A DNA stretch of 64,000 bases from Azolla caroliniana (taxonomy: Eukaryota > Plantae > Polypodiophyta), in assembly GCA_043228905.1 (NCBI GenBank), contig JBHGNT010000012.1, positions 20,770,001-20,834,000 of the forward strand, in the 5' to 3' direction. A model generated the notes under the pieces. The model did not search any database. It saw nothing but the letters and a program-made list of their open reading frames with translations, and was not told the DNA's origin. The translations under genes and the position numbers were made by a program. Each line of letters starts with the position of its first letter. Positions within the stretch are counted from its first letter, which is position 1. Shown in pieces: positions 24,332-35,684 of the stretch.

Positions 24332-27300
24332 TTACTCCTCCTCTAATATGTTGAGGATATCCTCGAGGGCGTGGGGTTGGTCTGGCTGCTCGGAAGGTGG
24401 GGTTGGTGATGGAGGTTTTGTTGCCGAGTCGGGGATGGCTGTGTTGTCGTGTGCGCCGCCCTCTGTTGGTACCGATTCAAGCAGGGTCGTGGTTATAGTT
24501 TGTGGCTCGGGTGGGATGTGGGGATCTGTAGGGGCAGGTTCCTCAGGTTTGGCTTCCGTGGTGGGTGGCTCGAGTCCTTGCTCGTTGGTCGTGGGAGCTC
24601 TGTTAATCCCGGTAGCTAGGCGTTCCTCCTCGTAAGCTTCGGCTTCTAAGCGAAACACCAAGTTGCTTGATGGCCGCGGTGTGGGATGCTGCTAAGGTAT
24701 GACATTCCTCAGTCAAGTCTTCACGAAGGGTCTGGATGTTGGTGTCATCCATCTTGTAAAACCCTCGGCCCTCCTTCCGTCGGTTCTAAGCATCCGCGCG
24801 TAGTATGTGTAAGTCTGCGGCTTGGGCTGACCACTCCTACCAGACATGGTCAAGTGTTTCGTAGATCTTCTTGGTGAATTGTTGGCGATACTTGTTGATC
24901 AGGATCTTGATTTTAGTATCGTCCATGCTTATGCTAGCTCGGTGAACTTCCACTTCCTCCCTTACGGCCTTGGCTTCTTCTTGGTTTTTGCGGACAAGGA
25001 GCGCTAAAGTAGCTTGATTATCTTTTGCTTTTTCGGTGATGAACGTGATTGTTTGCTCATAACGATTGGTGAGCTGAGCTACAGTTTCGTCCATGTTCTG
25101 TCTCCAAGCGTCCCGATGTTGTTCTCTAGCAGCGATGTGCTCTGTTTGCAACTGGTGATATGTATCAGAAATTTTTGCCCTTCGCTCTTCCGAGATCCTC
25201 CATTTCTGCATGTGTTCATTTGCCAATTCTTGTAATGCCCTTTGGTGACGTCGTAATTCCTTATTGTCTGCGAAGAGCTCGCATTCCCGTTGGCTATTCC
25301 GCTTTGCTTCTTTGATGAAACGTTCTTTGGCCTCGGTGATAGAGACCTGAAGGGTCATCACCTCTCTTTCTTGTTCTTTGAGTGCAGCCGAGCTTTCAGC
25401 AAGCAGTCGCTTGAGGTCAGCTTCACGGCCCGCGGCTTGTTCTTGTAGTTGGCCAAGAATGTTGTTGTGGTTATGTTCTGCTAACTCGGCCAAAGCGATC
25501 TGTGCCTTAAGCTCCTCTTGGTAGTCCCGGAGGGGAGGCCCTATCTGGGTTGCTGCTTGCTGGATTCGGGGAGGGGGTTCCCTATCCATCTGTGTCAATC
25601 GTTCCATGACGACATGTGGTGGTGGCGTTTGCGTGGAGGCGTGGCTGGTTTGGGTGTGCGGGCTTGTATCTGCCCGTGATGAAGGCTCTCTTGTCTGTAC
25701 CAATTCCGTCATTGTGCTTGCATCGACCGTGGCTACCCTGGGGTGAGCTGTGTCGTCTTTGTGTGCTTCGGTACCCACAACACTCAGGCTCGGGTTCGGA
25801 AGAGTGGCTGGTGAGACATCGTCACTCGGCGCAGGGCGGCTGTTCCGGATGTTGCTGCTTGAATGACGTCAGTTTCTCCTCGGCGGCTTGCCATAGCTCG
25901 GTAGCTCGTTTGGCTTGCTGATGCGCCGTTTTGATACGTCGGGCCATGTCCTTGGCTGCCCGAGTAGTGTGGTGCAGATTTCGATATGCCTCGACTAAGG
26001 CTGTGTTCAGATCTGGTAGCTCCATGAGGAGAGAAGCATTCTGTGCTTGCTTCTTCCGCCCTATCTTTTGTAAGGCTCGATCCTCGTGAGGTTTGATTTC
26101 TCCCATTAGAGCGCATTGGATCATCTTTGTTTCCGCGTGTTCCTCAACCATCCGAGCGGCGGCAACTACTTGGGCACACGCGAGGAAATCCATTAATTCA
26201 TATGTTGTGACCAATTGAAGTAGTGCACTAAACTCGTATGCCTCTACGGGGAGATCTTTGTAAACGAGGACTTCCTCCTCTGATATCTGCGTGGTTTGTC
26301 CATGCTTGATCCTACCGACTTGGAGCCATGACTCTGCTGGTACCATGGCCGTGGAGGTCGGGCTGGCCTCTTTTGATTTCTGATGATGGGTGCCCTCGGT
26401 TTTTGTGGTTGACCCTCGAATGATGCAGCGTCTTTTTGGCGGCTGATCTTGTGAGTCCGGGGCCGGTGGTGTTGGCTCCTCGGCTTGTTTCCTCTTTTGT
26501 TGTCGTATGCCTGAGTGTTGCTGGCTTGTGGGCCGTGGGCTCGATTGTGGAGAGGGCATTGATGTCCTTGGCGTTTTCTGGCGTATGGTGACATCCAAGT
26601 GATGGGCTCCTCGGCCTCATCCCATTCGACACGGGTCGCTGTTAACGCCTGTTGTTTCTGTGTTTTTGGTGGGGGTGGTGCCGAGGCGGAAGTAGGGTTC
26701 CGAAAGGCCGAGGGAGGTGGAGAAGGCCCCTTCTTCCCATTCTTCCTAGGTTAACACCAAAATCTTCTCCCGTTGTTTCCTTGGTGGTGGTGGGGAGATA
26801 AGGATGCGACGAGGCGAAACCGAAGGAGGTGGGTAGAGAACTGTGAGGAAGTGATTAATCACAGGCAACAAGCGCTTACCAGTTTGAAAAGATTCAAGCG
26901 CCGCACGAACTCCTTTGCCGGTGATGATTCCCCAATCGATTTTGTCGCCTTCATACGCCCGGATGATGATGGCAGCTTTGTTCTGTGGCATACTCGTGGG
27001 ATTTGTATGCACAAAGGCGTATTCCATCAAAATCCGAGCAATCTCCCCAAAAGCTTTGTTTGGCCCTCCGTAAGTGCGGTAAGCTTTACCCGACATTGAA
27101 TACATCCCAAAATATTCCTTGAGGATCGAGTGGGGAGGGATTTTGACCTCATGGTCTCCGCCCCGCACAAGGTCCAAAGCCATGCGAATCATGTTGTTGG
27201 ATACTATGTCAGGGTGGATTCTGCGTGCTATCGTTGGGCCGTCAGGGTGCGTTGGGGCATCGATGACCCGTAAGTACCCACCCAGTCCTCGTTGTTGTAG

Positions 27301-27450
27301 CCAAGAATGGGTTTCCTGCGATGTTGCGAGAGGCATGATGGATGCGAAGGTTTGCTTACAAGAGGCGTGGGGGGCAGCGATGAGATGAGGGCGAGACAGA
27401 GAGTTGGAAGAACATTGTTGTTCTGTGCAAGGGCTACGAGGGTGAGAGGA
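24332..27450 (-). pseudogene. Extra-ORF cassette of the gypsy-like element (N-terminal globular domain plus a long coiled coil), broken by stops and frameshifts
   Basis: Collinear minus ORFs 26746-27549 (..AYEGDKIDWG..), 25822-26598, 24837-25778 (E/Q/K/A-rich, coiled-coil-like) and 24332-24661 (P/T/E-rich). GAA-rich leader and a telobox upstream. Confidence 0.6.
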
Positions 27451-30043
27451 GGCCGGTTTGTGGTCTATGATTATCACACTCATGATAGGTTTCTCTTTTT
27501 TTCGTTTTCTTCTTCTTCTTCTTCTATCTTTTGCGATTATCACACTCAAGAAAGGTTTATGTCTTCTTTTCTCTCTTCTTCTTCTTCATCTTCTTCATCG
27601 TCGTCTCTTCTATTCTTCTTCCTTCCTTCCTTTGGCTTCTTTTTCACTAAAATCTTTTTTTTCTTTTGCTTTTTGTTAGGGTTTTACTTACATTTTCTTT
27701 ATAAATACATATTATACCTGTTTTTTTATAAATACGTTAAATACCGTATTGGCCAAATGTACATGATACTTGACTGAACAACATTCAGGTATAGTACATA
27801 ATATACAAATGATGAGGCACTATATGTATTTAAATGTTAAATACGGGTACGTAAACAACCATGGTGTGGGGTAGTTTCTTTTATGTGACTACCTAGGGCT
27901 ATCTCTAGTTTTACCTATTTCCTCACCTACTCTTCTACCTAACGGCGAGTTTACATAATGTATTTATATTTCTGGCCTATGGACAACACGGTGGATATTT
28001 GCGTTATTGGCTTTCTTGATCCATTCCTTTGCGGCTTGTCAGACTTCATCTTGGACTTCCCATTGCGTGTGTTGTGCATTGCTTCTTGTTGTGACTTGTT
28101 GGACCTCGGCCATAATGATATTTAGCGCGGGTCCTTTGCCCTGATCATTGGCCGAACATTGTGTGGCATAATGCCCTAGTTGATTACAGTTAAAACACAT
28201 GACTGGTGCCGAGTTGCTCGATTCCCCTTGCTCGAATTGAGTTGTTTGATACGGTTGGGGGTTTTCTTCTCTGGGCAGCGCGGCATAATGATGCGCTCGG
28301 TTGGAGTCATCCTGGGGCTCAGTGTGGCGAGGTGGTCGACGATGATCTGGACACGATGGGTCTCGACGTCCATTATTAGGAGGTCATCGATCATTTCCCG
28401 ATTGTCGATGACCTCGATTATGTTGGGGAGAATGATCTTGCCGATGACCTCGATTATGTTGTCGATCGTGCCTGTGGTCAGAACGATACTCGGTTCGTAA
28501 TCATCATCCTAATCGTAGTCATAACGGTAGTAGTCATCGACTGGTCGATAACGGTCCTCTCTAGACCGGTATCGGTCTTCCTCGGTTCGAGACCTAACAT
28601 TTGGCCGATAACGCTTGCCCTCGAGTCAGTATCAATCTTCACTTCGATGATGATCCTCGTACCAAGGCCACTCGGTTTCCTGATTCCTAGATGGTAGACG
28701 ATCACAATCATCCTGTCGAGGGCGATCGTGGTGTGGCTCAATTTGGCACACCAAAGTGGCGGTTGTGCGGTTGCGCATATTATATTCGCACTGTTCTACC
28801 GTATGTGCTCGGGAATGGCAGATCGAGCAATGTGGTCGAAGAGTGTAATCTATGGCCGAGTGTCTAGAATTCGAGCATGTCGTGCATTGGATTGCCTGCC
28901 GAAATTGGGTTTCTTCGTGTGTTGGCAAGGCACTTTGGAGGGAACTCATTGAAAAAGAGGTATTGTGTTGAGCTTTGTCCACAGCGAGGATGCAGGCGAC
29001 CACTTGCTCGATTTTCTGTTGTGAGAAGTCGTTAGGGCTAGGGTCATGCGAAGAGGCTCCCGTAGTCCTGCCAGAAATGTGTCTTTTAGGTGATTCACAG
29101 ACACATCTTGAGGTAGCTGACGATAGAGATTCTCGAAGAGGATCATAAACTAACACGTTCGCGTTCACAAGTGGAAGGATTGCACACAAATGGAAGGATA
29201 AGCAATATTCCGTTTGATTTTGGGGTTTTTTTAGCCATTTCACAAAACACCTTGATACCAATATCACATGTTCTCGAAAACTTGATGAAAAAGCTAAAAT
29301 TTTCACCATTTAGTAAAATTGAAAAATGTCAAATTTTGGCAAAATACAAAAAGTAGCTTTGTGTATTTTTTAGGAGAAATTACAACTAGTAGTATTTTAG
29401 ATCCTAACGAAATCATATGCAAAAGATTTCAAAACAATCAACATGTTGTCCAAATTTGTTGTATATCATTGCACAAAAAATACATTTAGGAGTTATTTGC
29501 ATCACTATCATCATTCCTTTCATGAGAATCACTACTATAGTTAATATACATTTGTGACTCTTCCTCCTCATTTTCAAATGTACCAATCAAATCATTGTCT
29601 TCACCAAATGGTGTCTCCAAACTGTGTGCACTAAATCTTGTTAGCCTTCAATCTGAGATATCTTCTAAACTTCGTAATATCTCTTTTATTATGTCTATCG
29701 TTGTCGTCCTTAAACATCCAACTTTTGTTAGTGTAAAGTCATACACAATGATATCCACCTCACTAATGTCAATGATAGATGTAATGCAAAAGTTTAATGC
29801 ATCACCACGTCCAAAACTTTACCAATGCAGAATTGGTGCCCTAGGTCATGGCCATCTACATGTGTAGCTATTAATATCCCCACCCTGAGTTCTTGCAAGT
29901 TTCCTTGTCACTTGAGTTATGCACGTATTGTCATTCTTAGTTCCACATAAATGTTTCTCTGTTGTAGATGAACTGAACTATGAAGATCAACATTAAGTGC
30001 TTGAAGTGGCGATTAAGAAGCACGAGAATATTTTATAGAATAC

Positions 30044-32104
30044 GTAAATGGCATTTGCAAGGTTCGATTACCATCAACACAATTATTAATGGTTTTTTGT
30101 TAATCAATGGAGCACATGTTCACCATAAGGTGTCTTGTTGTGCAACATACTTCTTTGCGGTATCGATATGCATCTTTTTCTCTTGTAAAAACTAAGATTT
30201 TAGTACAATTCGAGTTCATGTAAACCCTAAACCTCTTTTATTTGAAAAAAAAGAGATTTCTAAACATGAACTCCATACATTGTATCAAGTTGATGTAAAA
30301 AACAAAGTTTTTTATCACAATTACATACAATGTATCAAATTCATGTTCAAAATTTTTTCCCCTGGATTTAAAAAAATAAAAACATTGAGCTTGAGTTGAT
30401 GAAAAAACCAGATTTTTCACCACAATTCAATACAATGTATCGAGTTCATGTTTAAAGTAATTTTATCAAAAAAATTCAAAATTTTTAATTTTTTCTTTTG
30501 GAAAAAAAAAACTTTAAACATGAATTTGATACATTGTATCGACTTGTGATGAAAACTCTGGTTTTTTCATCACTTTAAATTTTATTTTTAAAAAAAAAAC
30601 AATAAGACGCAAAATAAATAGAACTTTAAAAGACCCAAATTTATAAAAAAAAAACTTTAAATGTTGAAAACTCTGTTTTTAAAGATGAACTCGATACAAT
30701 GTATCGAGTTCATGTTTAAAAACTGAGTTTAAAAACATAGATTTTCGACACAAACTGGATACAATGTATCAGGTTTGTGTTTAAAACATTTAAACACGAA
30801 CTCGATACATTGTATCAGTTCATGTCGAAAAGTCAGATTTTCTTTTTTTTTTTTTTTTTTTTTTTTTCCAAAAAAAGATACTACATTAGTATTAGAAAAC
30901 CGCCATAAGGCTAAACATACAAGCTATACCGATCCCCTATATTTATCTAAAGTCTAACCATTGGCTTGAATAAACACTTTGGTGTTGAGTAGAACCACTC
31001 CACCTTACCAAAATACCGTCTATAAAATATACCTATGTCCCAAATGGCATGAAACTCCACCCGCCTAAGCTCCGCTTGATGCGTATTACCTTTTATACCA
31101 TCCAAAATCCCTCTAAGATTATGTACAATCTCTATCCAAATTCCGGAGATTATTTGAGCAGGTCTTTCAATCATATTTTGAAATACCTTCAAACATCGAG
31201 CCTTCCAAATATACCAAATTGTAATACTGCTTACCAATTGCCATATTTGAGGTTTATCAGTTTTTCAACACGAATTGTATCGAGTTCGTGTTGAAAACAC
31301 GAACTCGATACAATGTACATTGTATCGAGCATTGTATCGAGTTTGTGTTGAAAACCTCAGCTTTTCGACACAAACTCGCAAGTTTGTGTTTAAAACATTT
31401 AAACACAAACTCGCTACATTGTATCAAGTTCATGTCGAAAAGCTGAGTTTTTCAACACAAACTCGATACATATATCGAGTTCATTTTTAAAGGTTTTTTT
31501 TTTGTTTTAAAAATAATAATTTTGGTTTTTTTTCTATTTATTTTGTGTTCTTTTGGTTTTTCTTTTAAGTTGATGTGATAAAAAAACCAGAGTTTTTTCA
31601 TCACAAGTCGATACAATGTATCGAATTCATGTTTAAAGTTTTTTTTCCCCAATAAAAAAAATTAAAAATTAAAAATCTTTAAAAAATTTTAAAAAATTAC
31701 CTTACACATGAACTCGATACATTGTACTGAATTGTGGTGAAAACTCTAGTTTTTTCATATACTCCAGTTTTATTTTTTTATTTTTTTAAATCCAGGAAAA
31801 AAAACTTTGAATATGAATTTGATACATTGTATGGAATTGTGATGAAAACTATGTTTTTTACATCAACTCGATACATTGTATGGAGTTCATGTTTAGAAAT
31901 ATTCTTTTTTTTCAAATAAAAGAGGTTTAGGGTTTACATGAACTCGAATTGTACTAAAATCTCTATTTTTACAAGAGTAAAAGATGCATATCGATATTGT
32001 AAAGAAGTATGTTGCACAACAAGATACCTTATGGTGAACATGTGCTTCTTTGATTAACAAAAAACCATTAATAATTATGTTGATGGTAATACAAATGCCA
32101 TTTA
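30044..32104. repeat. Large internal inverted repeat (~0.8-kb arms) built partly from palindromic AACTCGATACA(T/A)TGTATCGAGTT units
   Basis: ~30044-30840 is the reverse complement of ~31330-32104. The palindromic unit recurs many times towards the centre. Confidence 0.9.
30843..31256 (-). mobile_element. 5'-truncated LINE (L1/Tx1-like) 3' end with poly(A) tail
   Basis: Poly(T) at 30843-30867 on plus. ORF 30947-31237 carries IWYIWKARCLKVF, the W-x-IWK-x-R motif of the LINE ORF2 C-terminus. Possible TSD tcagattttc / tcagtttttc. Confidence 0.8.
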
Positions 32105-35100
32105 GTTCGCAAATTTTGTAGGGGAGCTCTCAAAATGAAGAAGAGGAGAGCATTGTGGATATCTTGATAACTACGTGATATTTTCAAATTGATATATTAA
32201 TGTTTATATCTAAGTTTGGCAATTTTGACAGTTTATGAATATCATCTACATTTTAGGAGTTATGGATTTATCAAAATTGTTTATGAATATTATATATATT
32301 TCTTGAGTTGTGAATTTATGGATGTTAATGAGCACTAAATTTATAGATGATGGCATTAAGGATTACAATATTACCTCTTATAATTAAAACATTTTCAAGT
32401 CTAACAATAGATGTAACTTCCACTTCTGGAACATACATCTTCTCGAGATAGTGAAACCATTAATCTTAACTTGTGCCTTGAGTTAACCATTCTGTTTTTC
32501 TTTAAGTTAACTACATTTTATATCTACAAACCATCAACATTTAAACATTTATTGAAAAACTATTCAATTTTAGAAATTATCATTTTGAAACTTGTTAAAT
32601 CTCAAAAAATTAGCAAATTTTATATGTTATTTAAAATATGTGATATTGGTGTATCAAGTTTCTGAGAATTGCCTAAAATCGCAGGATTATAAAAAGAATT
32701 TATAAGTGGAATGCACGATCCTTCCACTTGTGAACGTGAACGTGTTAACTATGAAACCATTTCATGCGATTCTGGTGTGATAGCATAGAGCTGGCGAAGC
32801 AATTCTTGCTTAGGTATCTCGCGATGGAAAAGTTCGAGGAATCAAGTATTAACGTCCTGAAACATCACAAAATCCCCAAGGTCATGGCAGGAATACCACC
32901 ATGTTGGGGGTCCATCGAGGGACAATGTGAACTCCGCAATTTTCGATGAGTCAGCCTCAACCGTGATGAGACGTTGCGCCGAATGGTTGGCTTGCAAAGT
33001 CGACAAAAAAGATCGGATATGTGATTCAGCGTCGGGGCCATCCATGTAACGCTAATACGGATATTGCATGGTGTTGAATCTGGATCTTCAGGTAACATCG
33101 AAAAGGGATTGTTTTCGTCTTTGTTGACTTCGAGAGGGTTGCAAGGCGAAACGAGATCAGAGCCCATGTTCGACTGAGTGTCTGGTGTTGGCGGCAGAGA
33201 GTGGTGCGACTCATATAACTCCGACGATGACCGTTGCATGAGCGAGGAGTCAAAAGTGCCCCGGCTGGTTCGGTTCAATAGGATAGTAGTTGAGAACGCT
33301 TGTTGTGGGTGGGCGTGGTAATGGTGATTGGGGTTTCCTCCTACATTGTTCGTTGTGACCTCACAACATGAACCGAGCATGCCAAATTGTGTTGTCTCCC
33401 TTCTCGAAGAAACACCTTCGATTACTCCCTTGAGTAATCAGGTCAGGGAATTGTGGTTGCATAGGAGACTAGAATAGGGCCGATTGGGGCCAAACAATTA
33501 CACGATAGCTAGTCACAACTGAATGGCACTTACGACTTATGAATAACATAATCGAAAGTAAAAATTAAGATGAGACAAGCACAAAGGTGACCCAAAAAGT
33601 ATTTGTATTGATTACTGAATATATCGATTACAAAGGCAATACAAGCCGACTATATATCATCCACACACTCTCTCTTGATACAACATAAATATATATATAT
33701 ATATTCTCCCTTTCTCTCTTTTCTTCTATTGCTCAAGGATTTATATATAGCCTATTCTCTCCTTTGCACGCTTTAACTACTTCCTCCTAATTTTCGGCCT
33801 TTATTCCCAACTACTTGTATTTTGTTTTACCTTCAACGGTTGCCAGTGCTCGACTCGATTCTCCTTTTCATACTGACCTACTCGCCTCCTTTTTAAGATT
33901 TGTTTCACACCTCGTGCATTTTGTCCCACGGATAACACAAAGTACATAGTTTATTTTGAAATAGAATTTTGTGTGTTGTGCTCTCTTTGCCTTTCCCGCG
34001 TACTGTCTATGTATTTTGAAGCTTTCCATTAAACTTTCGATCTATTCTCTATTGCTATCTAGCTGAGCCGGTTGTGTCTACAAGCATCCACACGCTACTC
34101 TTTACATGGTGTCAAAGCGCGAGGGTTGTGAATCCTTTGTTGCTAACACAAAGAGCTTAGACAGACCAAAACCTAGCTTCCGGTAAAGAACAAAAAGAAT
34201 GAAGAAAGACATGGACAGAAGCATGGCAAGCTCTCTTCCTACGGAAAACCTCGCCAGGAGCAACTACGCATTTTGGTCGTACAAGATGCACCAGTACTTG
34301 TTGGGACACAAATACTGGAGTTAGGTAGAAGGAGCAAACGAGGTAACGTTGGAGCCGGCACACAATGACTTCCCGGTATGGGAACAAGAAACGAGCAGAG
34401 TGTTGTACTACCTCGCATCCTGTGTGCACGATCAGGTGCTCGGTTACATTAGAGACGCAAAAACACGGAAGGAGGCATGGGAAAATCTGAAAAAGATTTT
34501 CGCCGCGAGTACCGTTGCCTGTAAGTTGCAGCTCTAACAGGAGCTCAACAACATCTGACAAAGGGATATGTCGGTTACAGATTACACCACCAAGATAAAC
34601 GAGATTTGCGATGTGTTGGGGTCCATCGATGTGACGGTGGACGAAAACGAGATAGTACAAATTTGCCTCAGTGGTTTAGCGTAGAGGTACGAGCCAATCC
34701 GGACGGCGATATGCACTCGAGAGAAGCCACCGCCCTTCTTCAACCTGCAATCGTTGTTGATGGTTGAAGAAAACCACGCTAGTGGGTCGTGAACCACTCA
34801 ATCGGACAACCGGATGCTCTACACGGAGGCAGATCGGCCCCGTGGGCATGGAGGACGAGGTGGAGCGGCACGCATAGTGGCGGCCGACAAGAGCAGGAAA
34901 GAAGGCAAAGAGGTGGTGTTGACAACAGTTTCGAACCCTCCACAAGCAGGAGGAGTCAAGGCAGAGCCGGAAACCGGCAATCAAAGGTCGACACAGAATG
35001 CTGGTATTGTGGCAAGAAAGGCCACAAGGAGAGTGAGTTATAGAAGAAGCACGTTGATTCGGATAAATCCGGATCCGGCAAGGCCGAGCAAGGGAGTTAG

Positions 35101-35625
35101 CAAAGATCACACTACGTTGAAGGATCAGAAGGATTCAAAACCGGAAAACTGGAAAAGGGTCAGCCTGTGTGATGAAGCACAAGGCAAACTCGATTAAGAA
35201 GACCACCTCACAATTAGAGGAGGTGTGGTACGTTGCTCCGGGGCATCAAATCATATGACGAGCCATGAAGAGTGGTTCTTGTATATGGAAAAACCGGAGC
35301 AACCAGGAGTGGTCAAAGCCGGAGATGACACTCCGAACCCAATCGAACATGTTGGTGAAGTTACCCTAGCCATGTCAGATAGAAGGGGAAACTTATGAAT
35401 ATGTTGCACATCCCGACAATAATGAAAAACTTGGTGTTGGTCGGACAGATCATCGTCCAAGGAATCCAAGTTCGACTCACCCACCTCGGATGTTTCATCG
35501 AGGAAGAGGGCCAGATTATTGCGCAAGGGCACCAGGAAGGGAGGATGTTCATCCTCGACACCAACGACGTTGGCACTGCACTGTTTGCGGAGAAGGTCCT
35601 TAAGCAATCACTTAGTGGAAAAGGA

Positions 35626-35684
35626 AGTGGTAGAGCGCCTCGTTTACACTGAGGGAGTCAGCGGTTCGAGTCCGTTATTGCCCA
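35626..35684 (+). pseudogene. trnV: 5'-truncated tRNA-Val(UAC), intronless organellar/bacterial type, embedded in copia pol
   Basis: D-loop half AGTGGTAGAGC, anticodon arm CCTCG-TTTACAC-TGAGG (anticodon TAC), T-arm AGCGG-TTCGAGT-CCGTT and acceptor 3' strand ATTGCCC-A. The 5' acceptor strand is absent. Confidence 0.8.

Larger units (their letters stand above)
29152..32746. mobile_element. Non-autonomous TIR DNA transposon (unclassified) with ~29-bp TIRs and a 4-bp TSD AACT
   Basis: AACACGTTCGCGTTCACAAGTGGAAGGAT / ATCCTTCCACTTGTGAACGTGAACGTGTT. AACT at 29148-29151 and 32747-32750. Excision restores the gag frame (..MVS*FMILFENLYRQL). Confidence 0.85.
23562..33937 (-). mobile_element. Ty3/gypsy-like LTR element (probably a chimera of two related elements) inserted in the copia 5' LTR; LTRs 33390-33937 and 23562-24200
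   Basis: TG..CA ends with TSD cagag/caaag; removing the element restores the copia LTR (tgtacagagtacatag in the 3' LTR). PBS-like tggcatgctcgg on minus at ~33385. gag remnants (DAESHIRSF..AEFTLSLDG..WWY; zinc knuckles) at ~27990-33100. No pol seen. Confidence 0.8.

Noticed and set aside
30260-31900. Regularly recurring palindromic 23-bp unit resembling a CRISPR array
   Set aside because: Eukaryotic TE context, degenerate units, spacers mirrored in the opposite arm rather than unique, and no cas genes.
29148-32750. piggyBac (TTAA) or Harbinger (TAA/TTA) assignment for the TIR element
   Set aside because: The flanks differ under those readings (CTAA vs TTAA; TAA vs TTA), and only the AACT duplication restores the interrupted gag frame.
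35626-35684. Functional tRNA-Val gene
   Set aside because: The 5' acceptor strand and the start of the D-stem are missing; reported as a fragment.
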